Positions 36,231-46,213 of a DNA stretch of 64,000 bases are shown here, piece by piece; position 1 is the stretch's first letter; every line of letters starts with the position of its first letter. This DNA comes from Myxococcaceae bacterium (GTDB lineage: Bacteria; Myxococcota; Myxococcia; Myxococcales; Myxococcaceae). The position numbers and the translations under genes were made by a program. Location of the stretch: the NCBI GenBank assembly GCA_017881265.1, contig JADGRA010000012.1, positions 15,534 to 79,533 on the forward strand. Reading direction: 5' to 3'. Below the pieces are notes generated by a model, which saw only the letters and a program-made list of their open reading frames with translations, was not told the DNA's origin and ran no database searches.

Positions 36231-37058
36231 ATGCCCCCCGGCCCGCCCAGGAATCGCCGCCGTATGCCCGAGCGTCCCGCCCGCCTGCCTGGCTTGGCGT
36301 TGACGCACGGCCCGCGGCTGCTACTCGCCGTCGCCACCCTGGCTGGCCTGGGGCTGGGTGGACTGCGGGTCGACGCCTGGGCGCGCCAGTCCCCACGCTT
36401 TGCCCTTCGGGCGGTGCAGCTGACCGGAGCCGAGCGCGCGAAGGAGGCGGAACTGCTGGCGCTCGGCGGTGTGCAGCGAGGCGCCAACCTCTGGACGCTG
36501 GACGCGGCCGAGGTGGCCCGGGCCATGGCCGCGCACCCCTGGGTGAAGACGGTCGACGTCCGGCGGGCGCTGCCCGACGCGTTGCAGGTCCGGGTGGAGG
36601 AGCACGTCCCGGCGGCCTTGGCCGTGATGGGGGACCTCTACGTCGTCGACGCCGATGGCGTGCCCTTCAAGAAGGTTTCCGGCGCCGACGCCCTCGACCT
36701 GCCACTCATCACCGGGGTCACCCGGGAGGAGGCGGCGCGGGCCCCGGAGGAGACGGCCGCGCGGTTTCGCGCGGCGCTCAGCCTGATGGCCGCCTGGGCG
36801 CGCACCGTGGAGCGTCCAGGCGTGTCCGAGGTCCATCTGGAGGAGGGGGGGCTGCGCGCCATCGACACCGATGGGCAAGTGGTCGCCCTGGCCGCTGGAG
36901 CGCCGGACGACGCCCTGGCTCGCCTGGTGCGTGTGCGCGCCGAGCTACGCCAACGCGGGCTGACCGCTGCCACCGTTCACTTGGAAAACCGGGTGCGACC
37001 CACCTGGGTCGCCGTCCAACTCGCCGGTGCGCCGGCGCGGGACCACGCGGCGAAGTGA
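36231..37058 (+). CDS. ftsQ: Cell-division protein FtsQ (POTRA domain)
   Basis: Basic N-terminus, one TM (LLLAVATLAGLGLGGL), POTRA (FALRAVQLTGAERAKEAELLALGGVQRGANLWTLDAAEVARAMAAHPWVKTVDVRRALPDALQVRVEEHVP), then a FtsQ beta-domain. ATG 36231 has AGGTGG upstream. An in-frame GTG at 36219 is the alternative start. Confidence 0.8.
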   Translation: MPPGPPRNRRRMPERPARLPGLALTHGPRLLLAVATLAGLGLGGLRVDAWARQSPRFALRAVQLTGAERAKEAELLALGGVQRGANLWTLDAAEVARAMAAHPWVKTVDVRRALPDALQVRVEEHVPAALAVMGDLYVVDADGVPFKKVSGADALDLPLITGVTREEAARAPEETAARFRAALSLMAAWARTVERPGVSEVHLEEGGLRAIDTDGQVVALAAGAPDDALARLVRVRAELRQRGLTAATVHLENRVRPTWVAVQLAGAPARDHAAK

Positions 37059-37075
37059 GAGCACGGGGAAACCAC

Positions 37076-38308
37076 ATGGCGAAGCAGAAGGGCGGGGAGA
37101 TCGTCGTCGGCCTGGACATCGGCACCACGAAGATCTGCGCCATCGTCGGGGAGCTGACCGACAACGGCATCGACATCATCGGCATCGGCACGCACCCCTC
37201 CAAGGGGCTGCGCAAGGGCGTGGTGGTGAACATCGAGTCCACCGTCTCCTCCATCCGCCGCGCGGTAGAGGAAGCGGAGCTGATGGCTGGGTGTGAAATC
37301 ACGACCGTCTACACGGGCATCGCCGGCGGCCACATCAAGGGCTTCAACAGCCAGGGGATTGTGGCGGTGAAGGACAAGGAGGTCCGGGACGCCGACGTGG
37401 CCCGGGTCATCGACGCGGCCAAGGCGGTGGCCATCCCGATGGACCGGGAAGTCATCCACGTGCTGCCGCAGGAATTCATCATCGACGACCAGGGCGGCAT
37501 CAAGGAGCCGCTCGGGATGGCCGGGGTGCGCCTGGAAGCCAAGGTGCACATCGTGACCGGCGCCGTCTCCAGCGCGCAGAACATCGTGAAGTGCGCCAAT
37601 CGGACCGGCCTCAACGTCGCCGACATCGTCCTTCAGCCGCTGGCCTCCAGCGAGGCGGTGCTGGGCGAGGACGAGAAGGAGCTCGGCGTGTGCCTGGTGG
37701 ACATCGGCGGCGGGACGACGGACATCGCGATCTTTTCGGGTGGCAGCATCGTCCACACCGCGGTCATTGCCCTGGGCGGCAACAATCTCACCAGCGACAT
37801 CGCCATCGGGCTGCGGACGCCGGCGCACGAGGCGGAGCGCATCAAGCAGAAGTTCGGCTGCGCCCTGGCCTCCATGGTGGACAAGGAGGAGACCATCGAG
37901 GTCCCCTCCGTCGGGGGGCGACAGCCCCGTGTCCTCGGACGACAGATTCTCTGCGAGATTCTCGAGCCGCGGGTGGAGGAGATTTTCCAGCTCGTTCACC
38001 GCGAAATCCAGAAGTGCGGCTACGAGGACCTGCTCGCCAGCGGCGTGGTCATCACCGGCGGCTCGACGCTGCTCGGGGGCATGGCCGAGCTGGCCGAGGA
38101 AGTGCTCGGCCTTCCCGTGCGGCGCGGCATGCCGCGCGGCATCGGCGGGCTGGTCGACGTGGTGAAGAGCCCGATGTACGCGACCGGCGTGGGGCTCGTC
38201 ATCTACGGAGCGCGCCACCAGGACCGGCGCCTCTTCCGCATCCGCGAGGAAAATGTCTACCGGAAGGTGAAGGGTCGGATGCGGGAGTGGCTGGAGGAGA
38301 TTTTCTGA
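37076..38308 (+). CDS. ftsA: Cell-division protein FtsA
   Basis: Track ORF 35948..38308 trimmed to ATG 37076. [42 protein letters not shown] (actin-like ATPase). Confidence 0.95.
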   Translation: MAKQKGGEIVVGLDIGTTKICAIVGELTDNGIDIIGIGTHPSKGLRKGVVVNIESTVSSIRRAVEEAELMAGCEITTVYTGIAGGHIKGFNSQGIVAVKDKEVRDADVARVIDAAKAVAIPMDREVIHVLPQEFIIDDQGGIKEPLGMAGVRLEAKVHIVTGAVSSAQNIVKCANRTGLNVADIVLQPLASSEAVLGEDEKELGVCLVDIGGGTTDIAIFSGGSIVHTAVIALGGNNLTSDIAIGLRTPAHEAERIKQKFGCALASMVDKEETIEVPSVGGRQPRVLGRQILCEILEPRVEEIFQLVHREIQKCGYEDLLASGVVITGGSTLLGGMAELAEEVLGLPVRRGMPRGIGGLVDVVKSPMYATGVGLVIYGARHQDRRLFRIREENVYRKVKGRMREWLEEIF

Positions 38309-39459
38309 TGGACGGCGTGGAACAGAACAAGCAAGGCGCAAAAATCCGTGTGGTGGGCGTCGGCGGCGCAGGCTGCAACGCCATCAACACGATGATTGCG
38401 GCCGGCCTCGAGCGGGTGCAATTCATCGCCGCCAACACCGACATCCAGGCGCTGGCTGCCAGCAACGCTCAGGTGAAGGTGCAGATTGGCTCTGGACTCA
38501 CCAAGGGCCTCGGTGCGGGCGCCAACCCCGACATCGGGCGAGAGGCGGCCCTGGAGAGCAGGGAACTCATCGCCCAGGCGCTGGAAGGCGCCGACATGGT
38601 CTTCGTCACCGCCGGCATGGGGGGCGGGACCGGGACGGGTGCCGCTCCCATCATCGCCGACATCGCCAAGTCGCTCGGGGCGCTCACCGTCGCGGTGGTC
38701 ACCAAGCCGTTTCACTTCGAGGGCAACAAGCGCCGCAAGCAGGCCGACGCCGGGCTGGTGGAGCTGAAGACGGCGGTGGACACGCTCATCACCATTCCCA
38801 ACCAGCGGCTCCTGACGCTGGGCGGTCAGACCATGCCGCTCCTCGACACCTTCAAGCGCGCCGACGAGGTCCTCCTCAACGCCGTGCAGGGCATCTCGGA
38901 CCTCATCCAGTACCACGGCTACATCAACGTCGACTTCGCCGACGTGAAGACCATCATGTCGGACAAGGGCCTGGCGCTCATGGGCACCGGTCGGGCCGCG
39001 GGCGAGAAGCGCGCGGTCACCGCTATGCAGCAGGCCATCGCCTCGCCGCTGCTCGAGGACGTCACCATCGACGGTGCCACCGGCCTCCTCATCAACATCA
39101 CCGGTGGCCGCGACCTCACGCTTCAGGAAGTCAACGAAGCGCTCACCCTCGTGCACGACGCCGCCGACGCCGAAGCGGAGATTATTTTCGGAAGCCTCAT
39201 CGATGACGAGGTGCACGAAGAGGTGAAAATCACCATCATCGCCACCGGCTTTCTGGCCAAGGACGCACGCCGGCCGATGCCGGCCGCGCCCACCGGCGTC
39301 TTGCGTCCCGCGCCGGAGCTGCAGCCAGCCCCCGTCCGGGCGCGGGCCGAGCCCCGACCGGCCGCCCGGCCGGCCCGGGACCCGTCCCTGCCGGTGGACG
39401 AGGACCAGTTCGACATCCCCACCTTCCTGCGACGCCAGGGGCAGAACGACCCACCGTAG
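38308..39459 (+). CDS. ftsZ: Cell-division GTPase FtsZ
   Basis: The ATG shares one base with the ftsA stop (TGATG). [15 protein letters not shown], tubulin signature [17 protein letters not shown], and the C-terminal anchor peptide DIPTFLRRQ. Confidence 0.97.
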   Translation: MDGVEQNKQGAKIRVVGVGGAGCNAINTMIAAGLERVQFIAANTDIQALAASNAQVKVQIGSGLTKGLGAGANPDIGREAALESRELIAQALEGADMVFVTAGMGGGTGTGAAPIIADIAKSLGALTVAVVTKPFHFEGNKRRKQADAGLVELKTAVDTLITIPNQRLLTLGGQTMPLLDTFKRADEVLLNAVQGISDLIQYHGYINVDFADVKTIMSDKGLALMGTGRAAGEKRAVTAMQQAIASPLLEDVTIDGATGLLINITGGRDLTLQEVNEALTLVHDAADAEAEIIFGSLIDDEVHEEVKITIIATGFLAKDARRPMPAAPTGVLRPAPELQPAPVRARAEPRPAARPARDPSLPVDEDQFDIPTFLRRQGQNDPP

Positions 39460-39535
39460 GGTCGCTGGCCAAGGGCGGGCTCGGCGTCGGAGAGTCGGCG
39501 TCCTCCAGGCGAGGTGCTGCTTCGGCGACGCGGCA

Positions 39536-39564
39536 CCCGGGGCCGCCACTTCATTCGCCCCGGG
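39536..39564 (+). terminator. Hairpin ~80 nt downstream of ftsZ (possible dcw terminator)
   Basis: CCCGGGGC-13 nt loop-GCCCCGGG perfect 8-bp GC stem between convergent ftsZ and the DUF4142 gene. No U-tract and the loop is long, so low confidence. Confidence 0.3.
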
Positions 39565-39731
39565 TCGGGTGCGCGTGCCTCGGCCGCCGAGTTCAACCTC
39601 GTCTACGACGCGCGCAAGCCTCCGCGTGTTGTGAACGGGCTCAACGGGAAACCCTCCGCGGCACCCCTTCGAATCCCCCCGGATGTGCCCCTCGTTGGCC
39701 GAGCCGGTCTCTGCCGTGCGCTGGCCAGTCC

Positions 39732-40250
39732 TCAGCTCTGCAGGCCCTTGCTCAGTGCCAACGCCATGTCGCGGTGGCTCTCCAGCATCGGCAACAGCTT
39801 CGTCAGGAGGGCAAGCATGGGCCCACTCGTCACGCGCGGCTGGGAGCTCCGAACCAGAGCGATGGCCTTGGTGTGGTCGTCCACCATCATCTTGAGAAAC
39901 GCCCGGTCAAAAGCAGTGCCGCTGAGGAGGGACAGCTGCTTGAGTCCGTCGTCTTCGGGTGCTCCCGTGGAGGGGAGTGGCACGTTCATCTTCGCGGCCA
40001 ACTGGGTGACTTGCTCGTCGGCAACAGAATGGTCTTTCACGAGATCCGCGCCGTATTGCTTGATGGCGGCCGAGGCCCCGCGTGTCATTGCCAAACGGCC
40101 AGCAGCGATTTCCATCAGGTTGGTCTCGTGCAGGGAGTTGAGGAGTTGGCCCTCAAAGGTCATCTCGGTGGCTGACGTGGTGTCAGCCATCGCCGTGAGT
40201 GGGAACGTCAGGAAAGCGAACGGCAAGAGTCGGAAAAGTCGGGACGACAT
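39732..40250 (-). CDS. Secreted DUF4142-family protein
   Basis: 172 aa with signal peptide MSSRLFRLLPFAFLTFPLTAMA. A.HE.NLMEI..G.LA...G.S..IK.YG..LV.DH and a second FD.AFL..MV.DH..A repeat match the ferritin-like DUF4142 pattern. Noticeably lower G+C than its neighbours. Confidence 0.8.
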   Translation of the reverse strand: MSSRLFRLLPFAFLTFPLTAMADTTSATEMTFEGQLLNSLHETNLMEIAAGRLAMTRGASAAIKQYGADLVKDHSVADEQVTQLAAKMNVPLPSTGAPEDDGLKQLSLLSGTAFDRAFLKMMVDDHTKAIALVRSSQPRVTSGPMLALLTKLLPMLESHRDMALALSKGLQS

Positions 40251-40388
40251 ACTGAGCGCTCCTTGCAGGCTGGACGTTCGGAGAGCTAGGTACGGCTCCC
40301 CTGCGAAACAAGGCCAAAAGCGCTTGAGCGGGGGGGTGCACCGCGACGCGCCCTTGGCCGAGGCAGGGCGAGCAAGACGCAGTGCTGC

Positions 40389-43300
40389 TCAGCGCAGCGG
40401 GCCTCCGGCCGGAAGCCCCATCTGCTGGAGGGCGGCGCAGCCGTGGGCTTCTCCCATCGCGCAGGAGCGGTCGTAGAGCGCCAGTGCGGTGAGGGGCCCG
40501 CGTCCGGGAAGGCTGCCGGACTGGAGCAGTTGCGCCAGTCGCAGGCAACCGTCGGCCTCCCAGCGCTCGCACGCCTGCAGTAGTAAGCCGCCAGCCGCCT
40601 CCGCCTCCGCCAGGGAGGAGGAGGCGAGCTGGCTCTGCGCCAGCTCGAGACAGGCCCGCGGGTCGCCCAGGGAACAGCCGCGGCGGAAGAGCGCCGACAG
40701 GTGGGTTGGGTACACGCCTCCCGGTCGCTCGGCGAAGGACGCCGCGCGGGTACAGGCCTCGGCCTGGCCAAGCCAGCACGCCCGTTCCAGAAGCTGCACC
40801 GTCGTCGGGACGCGGGGGGCCAGCGTGACGCACGCCAATCCCACGCCCCGTTCGCAGGCCTGACGGTACGGCCGCTCGGCGAGCTCCGGTGTCCCACGGG
40901 CGTCGTACGCGGCGCCCAGCAGGTAGCAGGCCGCCCCCCGCTTGCGCTTGCAGGCACGAGTGCAGGCGGACACGTCTCCCGGCGTGCACTCCGTGCCGGC
41001 CCACCCGGGCGGCAGCAGCAGCGGCTCTGGCTGTGCAGTGGGATGGTCCCCGAAGGCCATAGACTCCGTCACCCCGGGGCCTGCCGAGAGGTGGAACGGG
41101 TAGATGATGTCGGTGCGGCGGCCGCGCGCCGTCTCGGTGAAGAGGCGAAAGGCCGTCGGTCCCTGCGGACATCTGCGGGGCTGGAAGGAGAGGGAGGCCC
41201 GGCCATGGGCAGCGGGCTGGATGGCCGCCGGCGGCTGGAAGATGAGGGCCAGGGCCTCGCGCCGTGCCGGCAGGTGGGGGTCCTGGAACTGGATGCCGAC
41301 CCGCTCGATGCGCGCGAGGGGGTCCTCGAGTTCCACGTCCACGCGGAAGACGCAGTGGCCCACCCCATCCGTCACGGCCTGCAAGACGACGCTGCGCGGC
41401 GAGCCGTCGAGGAAGTCGGCGATGCGCTCGGCGGCCGTCACCTCGAAGAGCGACGAACTGGCGTCCCGGTGGGGCCGTGCAAACCCCACCAGCTTCCCGT
41501 CCGGTGCGAGAACCGGCCCTCCGGTGAGGTCCGGCAGCGCGCCGGCCTCCACCGACAGCGCCACCAGGCGGCCCGTCCGGTCTCGCTTGCGCGCCGAAAG
41601 TGCCGCCGGCCGCACCACAGCACGGACGTGGCCCGTTGCTCGGCCGCCGGGCGAGGTGAGGAAGAAGCCGGCGAGGTCCAGCGGCGCCGTCTCCACCAGC
41701 GGTCCCGCGGCGCCGACGAGGAGCGGTGCCGGCGTGCCAGCGTCGGGCGCCAGCTGCAGCAGTGCCAAGTCCGTCACCATCTCGCTGGTGAGAAGCGTGG
41801 CGGGCACCGTCCGCTCATCGTCGAAGCCGGGACGCAGCCGCACCAGGGCGCCTCCGTCGACGTTGTGCACCGCCTCGGCACTGGTGAGCACGAGGGGCGC
41901 GCCCGCCGACGGCACCAGCACCCCCGGGGCCAGCTTCCCGCCCGCCTCCACCAGCACGGTCGCCTGCAGGGCCCAGTCGCGCTGGCCGGTCACCACAGGG
42001 AGGACGGGGAGCGGCTCGGGCGACTCGACGGTACTCCAGCCCAGCCAGGCCGGGTGCCCGAGGAAGCGGCCCACCTCCTCGGCCGGGACGAGGAAACTCG
42101 TGTCGCTGCCGCGAATGTGCGCCATCGCCACGCCGCGGACGGCGCCGGTGACGTCCACCACGGGGCCGCCGCTGTTGCCGGGGTTGATGGCCACGTCCAC
42201 CCGGATGGGGCCGGTGGCCTCGGGCTCCCCCGCCAGCCGGCCCGCGTTCACCGTCGGCGGCGGGAAGGCGGCGGTGGCGCTGGCGCCCAGGCCTAGCGGG
42301 AAGCCCACGACGAAGAGTGGCAGCCCCGCGGAGGCCATCCTCACCGTGTGCAGCAATAGCCGGGGGGGCCAAGCCGTCCCGACCGGCGCCTCCAGCAGCG
42401 CGAGGTCCGCCTCGGTGTCGCGGTGCACCACCCGCGCTGGCTGCAGCGTGCGGACTGCACCGTCGGTGAAGACCACCCCCAGTTCGTCCCGTCCGGCATC
42501 CGCCGGCCGCTGCACCACGTGGGCGTTGGTCAGCACCCGCGCCATGCCGCCCACCACGTCCACGACGAATCCCGAGCCGGACCCCGACGCCGTCTTCACC
42601 AGCACCACGGCCCTCTTCACCCGCTCGACCACATCCTGGGGAATGGTGGGAGGAGGCGGCAGGTCGAAGGTGAAGGAGGTGACGGCAGCCCGAAGCGTCG
42701 CCGACAAGAGAGGAAAGTTGCGGCTGGGCGTGGCGGCGCTCACCAGAAAACCGTGGTCGCCGCGGGTGAAAAGGCCGAGCCAGCCGTCCTCGTCGAAGTC
42801 GGGCGTCCGGCTGTGGACCCGGATGAGGCGGCTCCCCTCGAAATCCCCCCCGAGGTCCACCGCTTCCAGAAACTCGGTGCCGGCGAGCAGGCCCTCCAGC
42901 CGGTGCTGGAGTTCAGAGAGGTCGAAGCCCCCCGCTCCCGGCGCGTCGAAGGCGCGCACCACCAGGTGGGCGCTCCGGCGCGGCCACACCAGGTGGACGT
43001 CGGCGTCCTCGTCGGCATGCAGGGCGGCGGTGGCGTACACCCAGTGCCCGGGCTCGAGTCGGAGCTGGTACGGAAGCCGCCGGCCCGTCACCAGCTCCAC
43101 CGGCTGCCCCTCCACCCAGCCGAGGGACCGGTAGATGGGGAGGGCGAGGATGGCGTCGCCGGTGACGACGGCGTAGAGGCCGCACACCTCGACGGTGAGG
43201 ACGGAGCACAGCACCGCGGCCGCTGCCGCCGTCCGCAGCCCGCCCGCGCTGCCCAGGGTGAGCAGCAGCAGTCCGGCCGCCACGGCCAGGGCCAGCCCCG

Positions 43301-43508
43301 CGCCCACCGGCTCGTGCCGCAGCAGCGCGAGGCCCCCGAAGACGGCCAGCCCGAGCAGGCTGCGCAGCGCGAGGGCCCGGAGGGCCCAACGCCAGCCCAG
43401 GGCAAGCGCCAAGGCGAGGAGGACGTCGACGGCGGCGAAGGTGGCCACCAGCAGACGCTCGTTGTCCGAGCGCCTCGTGGTGGCAAGCAGCCCCACGGTG
43501 CAGGCCAC
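40389..43508 (-). CDS. Large membrane-anchored multidomain protein: N-terminal TM bundle, unknown domain, active-looking S1 (trypsin/HtrA-like) protease domain, degenerate second S1-like domain, C-terminal cysteine-paired Sel1-like repeats
   Basis: 1039 aa. TMs in aa ~20-125. Domain 1 has VLTNAHVV (His330), DLALLE (Asp368) and GNSGGPVV (Ser446). Domain 2 has LTSAEAVH, DLALLQ and DLTGGPVL (Ser->Thr, no His). aa 841-1024 carry seven C-x7-C pairs in helical A/G/L-rich repeats (Hcp/SLR-like). The start (GTG 43508) is uncertain. Confidence 0.8.
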   Translation of the reverse strand: MACTVGLLATTRRSDNERLLVATFAAVDVLLALALALGWRWALRALALRSLLGLAVFGGLALLRHEPVGAGLALAVAAGLLLLTLGSAGGLRTAAAAAVLCSVLTVEVCGLYAVVTGDAILALPIYRSLGWVEGQPVELVTGRRLPYQLRLEPGHWVYATAALHADEDADVHLVWPRRSAHLVVRAFDAPGAGGFDLSELQHRLEGLLAGTEFLEAVDLGGDFEGSRLIRVHSRTPDFDEDGWLGLFTRGDHGFLVSAATPSRNFPLLSATLRAAVTSFTFDLPPPPTIPQDVVERVKRAVVLVKTASGSGSGFVVDVVGGMARVLTNAHVVQRPADAGRDELGVVFTDGAVRTLQPARVVHRDTEADLALLEAPVGTAWPPRLLLHTVRMASAGLPLFVVGFPLGLGASATAAFPPPTVNAGRLAGEPEATGPIRVDVAINPGNSGGPVVDVTGAVRGVAMAHIRGSDTSFLVPAEEVGRFLGHPAWLGWSTVESPEPLPVLPVVTGQRDWALQATVLVEAGGKLAPGVLVPSAGAPLVLTSAEAVHNVDGGALVRLRPGFDDERTVPATLLTSEMVTDLALLQLAPDAGTPAPLLVGAAGPLVETAPLDLAGFFLTSPGGRATGHVRAVVRPAALSARKRDRTGRLVALSVEAGALPDLTGGPVLAPDGKLVGFARPHRDASSSLFEVTAAERIADFLDGSPRSVVLQAVTDGVGHCVFRVDVELEDPLARIERVGIQFQDPHLPARREALALIFQPPAAIQPAAHGRASLSFQPRRCPQGPTAFRLFTETARGRRTDIIYPFHLSAGPGVTESMAFGDHPTAQPEPLLLPPGWAGTECTPGDVSACTRACKRKRGAACYLLGAAYDARGTPELAERPYRQACERGVGLACVTLAPRVPTTVQLLERACWLGQAEACTRAASFAERPGGVYPTHLSALFRRGCSLGDPRACLELAQSQLASSSLAEAEAAGGLLLQACERWEADGCLRLAQLLQSGSLPGRGPLTALALYDRSCAMGEAHGCAALQQMGLPAGGPLR

Positions 43509-43580
43509 CTGGGCGAGAAGGAAGAGCGCCGCGACGCGCGAAGCAGCGGGTGTTGTTTCCAGCAGCAGCTCCTCTGAGCG

Positions 43581-44303
43581 CTAGGCGGCGGTGCGGTAGC
43601 GGAACATCCGCTGTCGATGGCTGCTGCCGTCCAGGGCTGCAAACAGGTGGCCACGGAAGACCATCACCACGTGAAGCAGGCTGCCGAAGAGGATGCTCCA
43701 CAGCACCCGGCCCGCGGTGCCCAGCTGAATCAACAGCCCGAGCCCGTCGCTGAAGGCCAGCCACAGCACTGCGAGCAGGAGGAGGTTGGGGACGCCCCAC
43801 TCCAGCCAGTTCGCCTGCAAAAACTGCACGGCACGCTGGATGGTGGCCAGGCCCCCGTAGGTGTGCCGCTGGTAGATGACTTCCGGCACCGCATTCAGAA
43901 GCACCAGCGCCACCAGCTGCAGGGCAACTTCGGCGCCCCGGGTTTGCGGAGAATGACCCAGCATCATGCCGAGGATGAGCGAGGCCACCCAGTAGACGAA
44001 GAGCACGTTGGCCACCGACCAGAAGTACGCGCCGATGCTCTTCCGGAACTCGGACAGCTGCACCTTGGCGTTCGCCACCACCTCTCCCAGGAAATAGAGG
44101 TAGCAGCTACCGAGCGCCGCGAGGACCAAGCCGAGGACGAAGCCGGCCAGGACGCCCAGAGTTGCGGCCAGCATGCCGGCCAGCTGCAGGGCCAAGAAGA
44201 GTCCCATCGGCAACAGCAGCGTCCAGGCGCTCTTGGCGATGCTGGCCAACGCCCGCCGCGAGCAGTCCAGGTACAGGCGCGTGTAGATGGAGAGGACGTT
44301 CAT
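43581..44303 (-). CDS. Hypothetical polytopic membrane protein (~6 TM), no family recognised
   Basis: 240 aa. ATG 44303 has GAGGGA upstream. High GC3. 72 nt upstream of the protease gene on the same strand. Confidence 0.6.
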   Translation of the reverse strand: MNVLSIYTRLYLDCSRRALASIAKSAWTLLLPMGLFLALQLAGMLAATLGVLAGFVLGLVLAALGSCYLYFLGEVVANAKVQLSEFRKSIGAYFWSVANVLFVYWVASLILGMMLGHSPQTRGAEVALQLVALVLLNAVPEVIYQRHTYGGLATIQRAVQFLQANWLEWGVPNLLLLAVLWLAFSDGLGLLIQLGTAGRVLWSILFGSLLHVVMVFRGHLFAALDGSSHRQRMFRYRTAA

Positions 44304-44346
44304 GCGTGGTGTTCCCTCGTTCTACCAGACGCCCCCGCCCGAGGAC

Positions 44347-44694
44347 TCAGTGCCCGGCCATGCGGCCGAGGTGGGTCCCGGTGCGCTCGGCGAGCGCCGA
44401 GCTCCGCTCGAGTAGCCGGTCGAGCTCCCGGCAGACGCCCTCCAGGCGCGCCAGCGCGGTCGGGCCCCGCAGGTGGGTTCGCGCCGAAAGCCGTTGCAGC
44501 AGGGCCACCACGCGCAGCAGGTGCTGGTGGGCGAGCAGCAGGTCGCGACCCGCGCGCACGCCTTCCGGACTGAAGAGCGTCCCCGAGGCGTGCAGCCGGG
44601 CAAAGGTCGCTCGGTTTGCGGCCAGGACCGCGCCAATCGCCTGCTGGTAGCTGGCGAGGCGGCCCCGTGCCCGCACCGCCGACAGGTGCACCAC
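44347..44694 (-). CDS. Possible 115-aa all-helical protein, no family recognised
   Basis: This is the C-terminal end of a long shadow ORF (44347..46335) that is otherwise antisense to the biotin carboxylase gene. From GTG 44694 the frame has very high GC3 and an amphipathic helix pattern (LLLAHQHLLRVVALLQRL...LARLEGVCRELDRLLERS). Lies 43 nt upstream of the membrane-protein gene. Confidence 0.4.
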   Translation of the reverse strand: MVHLSAVRARGRLASYQQAIGAVLAANRATFARLHASGTLFSPEGVRAGRDLLLAHQHLLRVVALLQRLSARTHLRGPTALARLEGVCRELDRLLERSSALAERTGTHLGRMAGH

Positions 44695-44826
44695 CCGGGG
44701 TCTGGCGCTCGTGCTTCGGGCTCGCGTCTTCGAAGGCAGGGACACAGGGAGTGACGAGAGGGTAGCCGAGCGAGATCGAAAGGCGCAAACGCTGCGGGCG
44801 GGACGCGTGCTAGGGTCCGCCGCCCA

Positions 44827-46176
44827 ATGCTCCGCCGGCTGCTCATCGCCAACCGGGGGGAAATCGCCCGGCGCATCAACCGCGTGGCACAGGGGATGGG
44901 ACTGGAAACAGTCGCCGTCTACTCCGACGCGGACGCCGGCCTGCCGCACGTGCGCGAAGCCAACCGGGCGGTGCGGCTCGGTCCAGCGCCCTCGCGCGAG
45001 AGCTACCTCAACACAGAGGCGGTGCTGGACGCCGCGCGACAGACGGGGGCCGACGCCGTCCATCCCGGCTACGGCTTTCTGTCCGAGAGCGCCGACTTCG
45101 CGCGGGCCTGCACCGAGGCGGGCTTCGTCTTCGTCGGCCCGCCCCCCGAGGCGATGGTGCGGATGAAGGACAAGGCCCGGGCGCGCGAGCTGGCCGGCGC
45201 CGCCGGCGTCCCCCTGGTCCCGGGCAGCGCCGGTCTGGTGCAGGACGTGGCCATGGCAGCGGCGGAGGCGGAGCGCATCGGCTACCCCATCCTGGTGAAG
45301 GCGGCCGGTGGCGGAGGCGGCATCGGCATGTCGGTGGCCCACACGGCGGCCGAGTTGGAGAAGGCCTTCCGGCAGTCGGTGGACCGCGCCAAGGCAGCCT
45401 TCGGGCGGGAGGGCGTCTACCTGGAGTCCTATTTCCCGGCGCCCCGGCACGTCGAGGTGCAGGTCCTGGGCGACGGCCAGGGGCACCTCATCCACGTGCT
45501 GGAGCGCGAGTGCAGCATCCAGCGGCGCCACCAGAAGGTGGTGGAGGAGGCCGGCAGCCCGCTCTTCCTCGGCGGGCAGAATGCAGGGCTGCTGGAGGCC
45601 ATGGGGCGTTCCGCCCTCGCCGCGGCCCGGGCCTTCGGGTACGCCAACGCCGGGACGGTGGAGTTCCTGGTGAGCGAGGGGGGCTTCTACTTCATCGAGA
45701 TGAATGCCCGTCTGCAGGTGGAGCATCCCGTCACCGAGGCCACCACCGGGCTGGACCTCATCGGCTGGCAGCTCCGCATCGCCGCCGGGGAGTCCCTCAC
45801 TGTCCGGCAACAGGAGGTGCGCCGGCTGGGGCACGCGCTCGAGTTCCGCATCTACGCCGAGGACCCGGTCCGCTTCTTTCCAAGCCCGGGGCAACTCACC
45901 CTCTTCCGGCCTCCCGAGGGCGACGGTGTCCGGGTAGACGCAGGCTATGGCGAAGGGGACGTCGTGACACCCCACTATGACCCGATGGTGGCCAAGCTGA
46001 TTGTCTCCGGCCGCGACCGCGTCGAGGCCATCGAGCGAGCCGAGCGGGCGCTGGTGGACTTCCACGTGGAGGGCATCAAGACCAACCTGCCCTTGCACCT
46101 GCGCATCGTGCGCGACCGGGCATTCCAGGAGGGGGCGCTGGACACGCACTTTCTGGAGAAGCACGCGAAGGGTTGA
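44827..46176 (+). CDS. Biotin carboxylase (ATP-grasp) subunit of a biotin-dependent acyl-CoA carboxylase
   Basis: [66 protein letters not shown] are canonical AccC-type signatures. Confidence 0.93.
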   Translation: MLRRLLIANRGEIARRINRVAQGMGLETVAVYSDADAGLPHVREANRAVRLGPAPSRESYLNTEAVLDAARQTGADAVHPGYGFLSESADFARACTEAGFVFVGPPPEAMVRMKDKARARELAGAAGVPLVPGSAGLVQDVAMAAAEAERIGYPILVKAAGGGGGIGMSVAHTAAELEKAFRQSVDRAKAAFGREGVYLESYFPAPRHVEVQVLGDGQGHLIHVLERECSIQRRHQKVVEEAGSPLFLGGQNAGLLEAMGRSALAAARAFGYANAGTVEFLVSEGGFYFIEMNARLQVEHPVTEATTGLDLIGWQLRIAAGESLTVRQQEVRRLGHALEFRIYAEDPVRFFPSPGQLTLFRPPEGDGVRVDAGYGEGDVVTPHYDPMVAKLIVSGRDRVEAIERAERALVDFHVEGIKTNLPLHLRIVRDRAFQEGALDTHFLEKHAKG

Positions 46177-46213
46177 GGGGTCGGCTGCAACAGCGAAGGA
46201 AGGGGAGCACACC

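Noticed and set aside
44347-44694. Considered calling the 115-aa helical protein a bAvd / four-helix-bundle (DGR accessory or 23S-IVS) protein.
   Set aside because: The resemblance is only in general helical, Arg/Leu-rich composition. No reverse transcriptase, template/variable repeats or conserved family motifs are nearby, so it is left as an uncharacterised protein.
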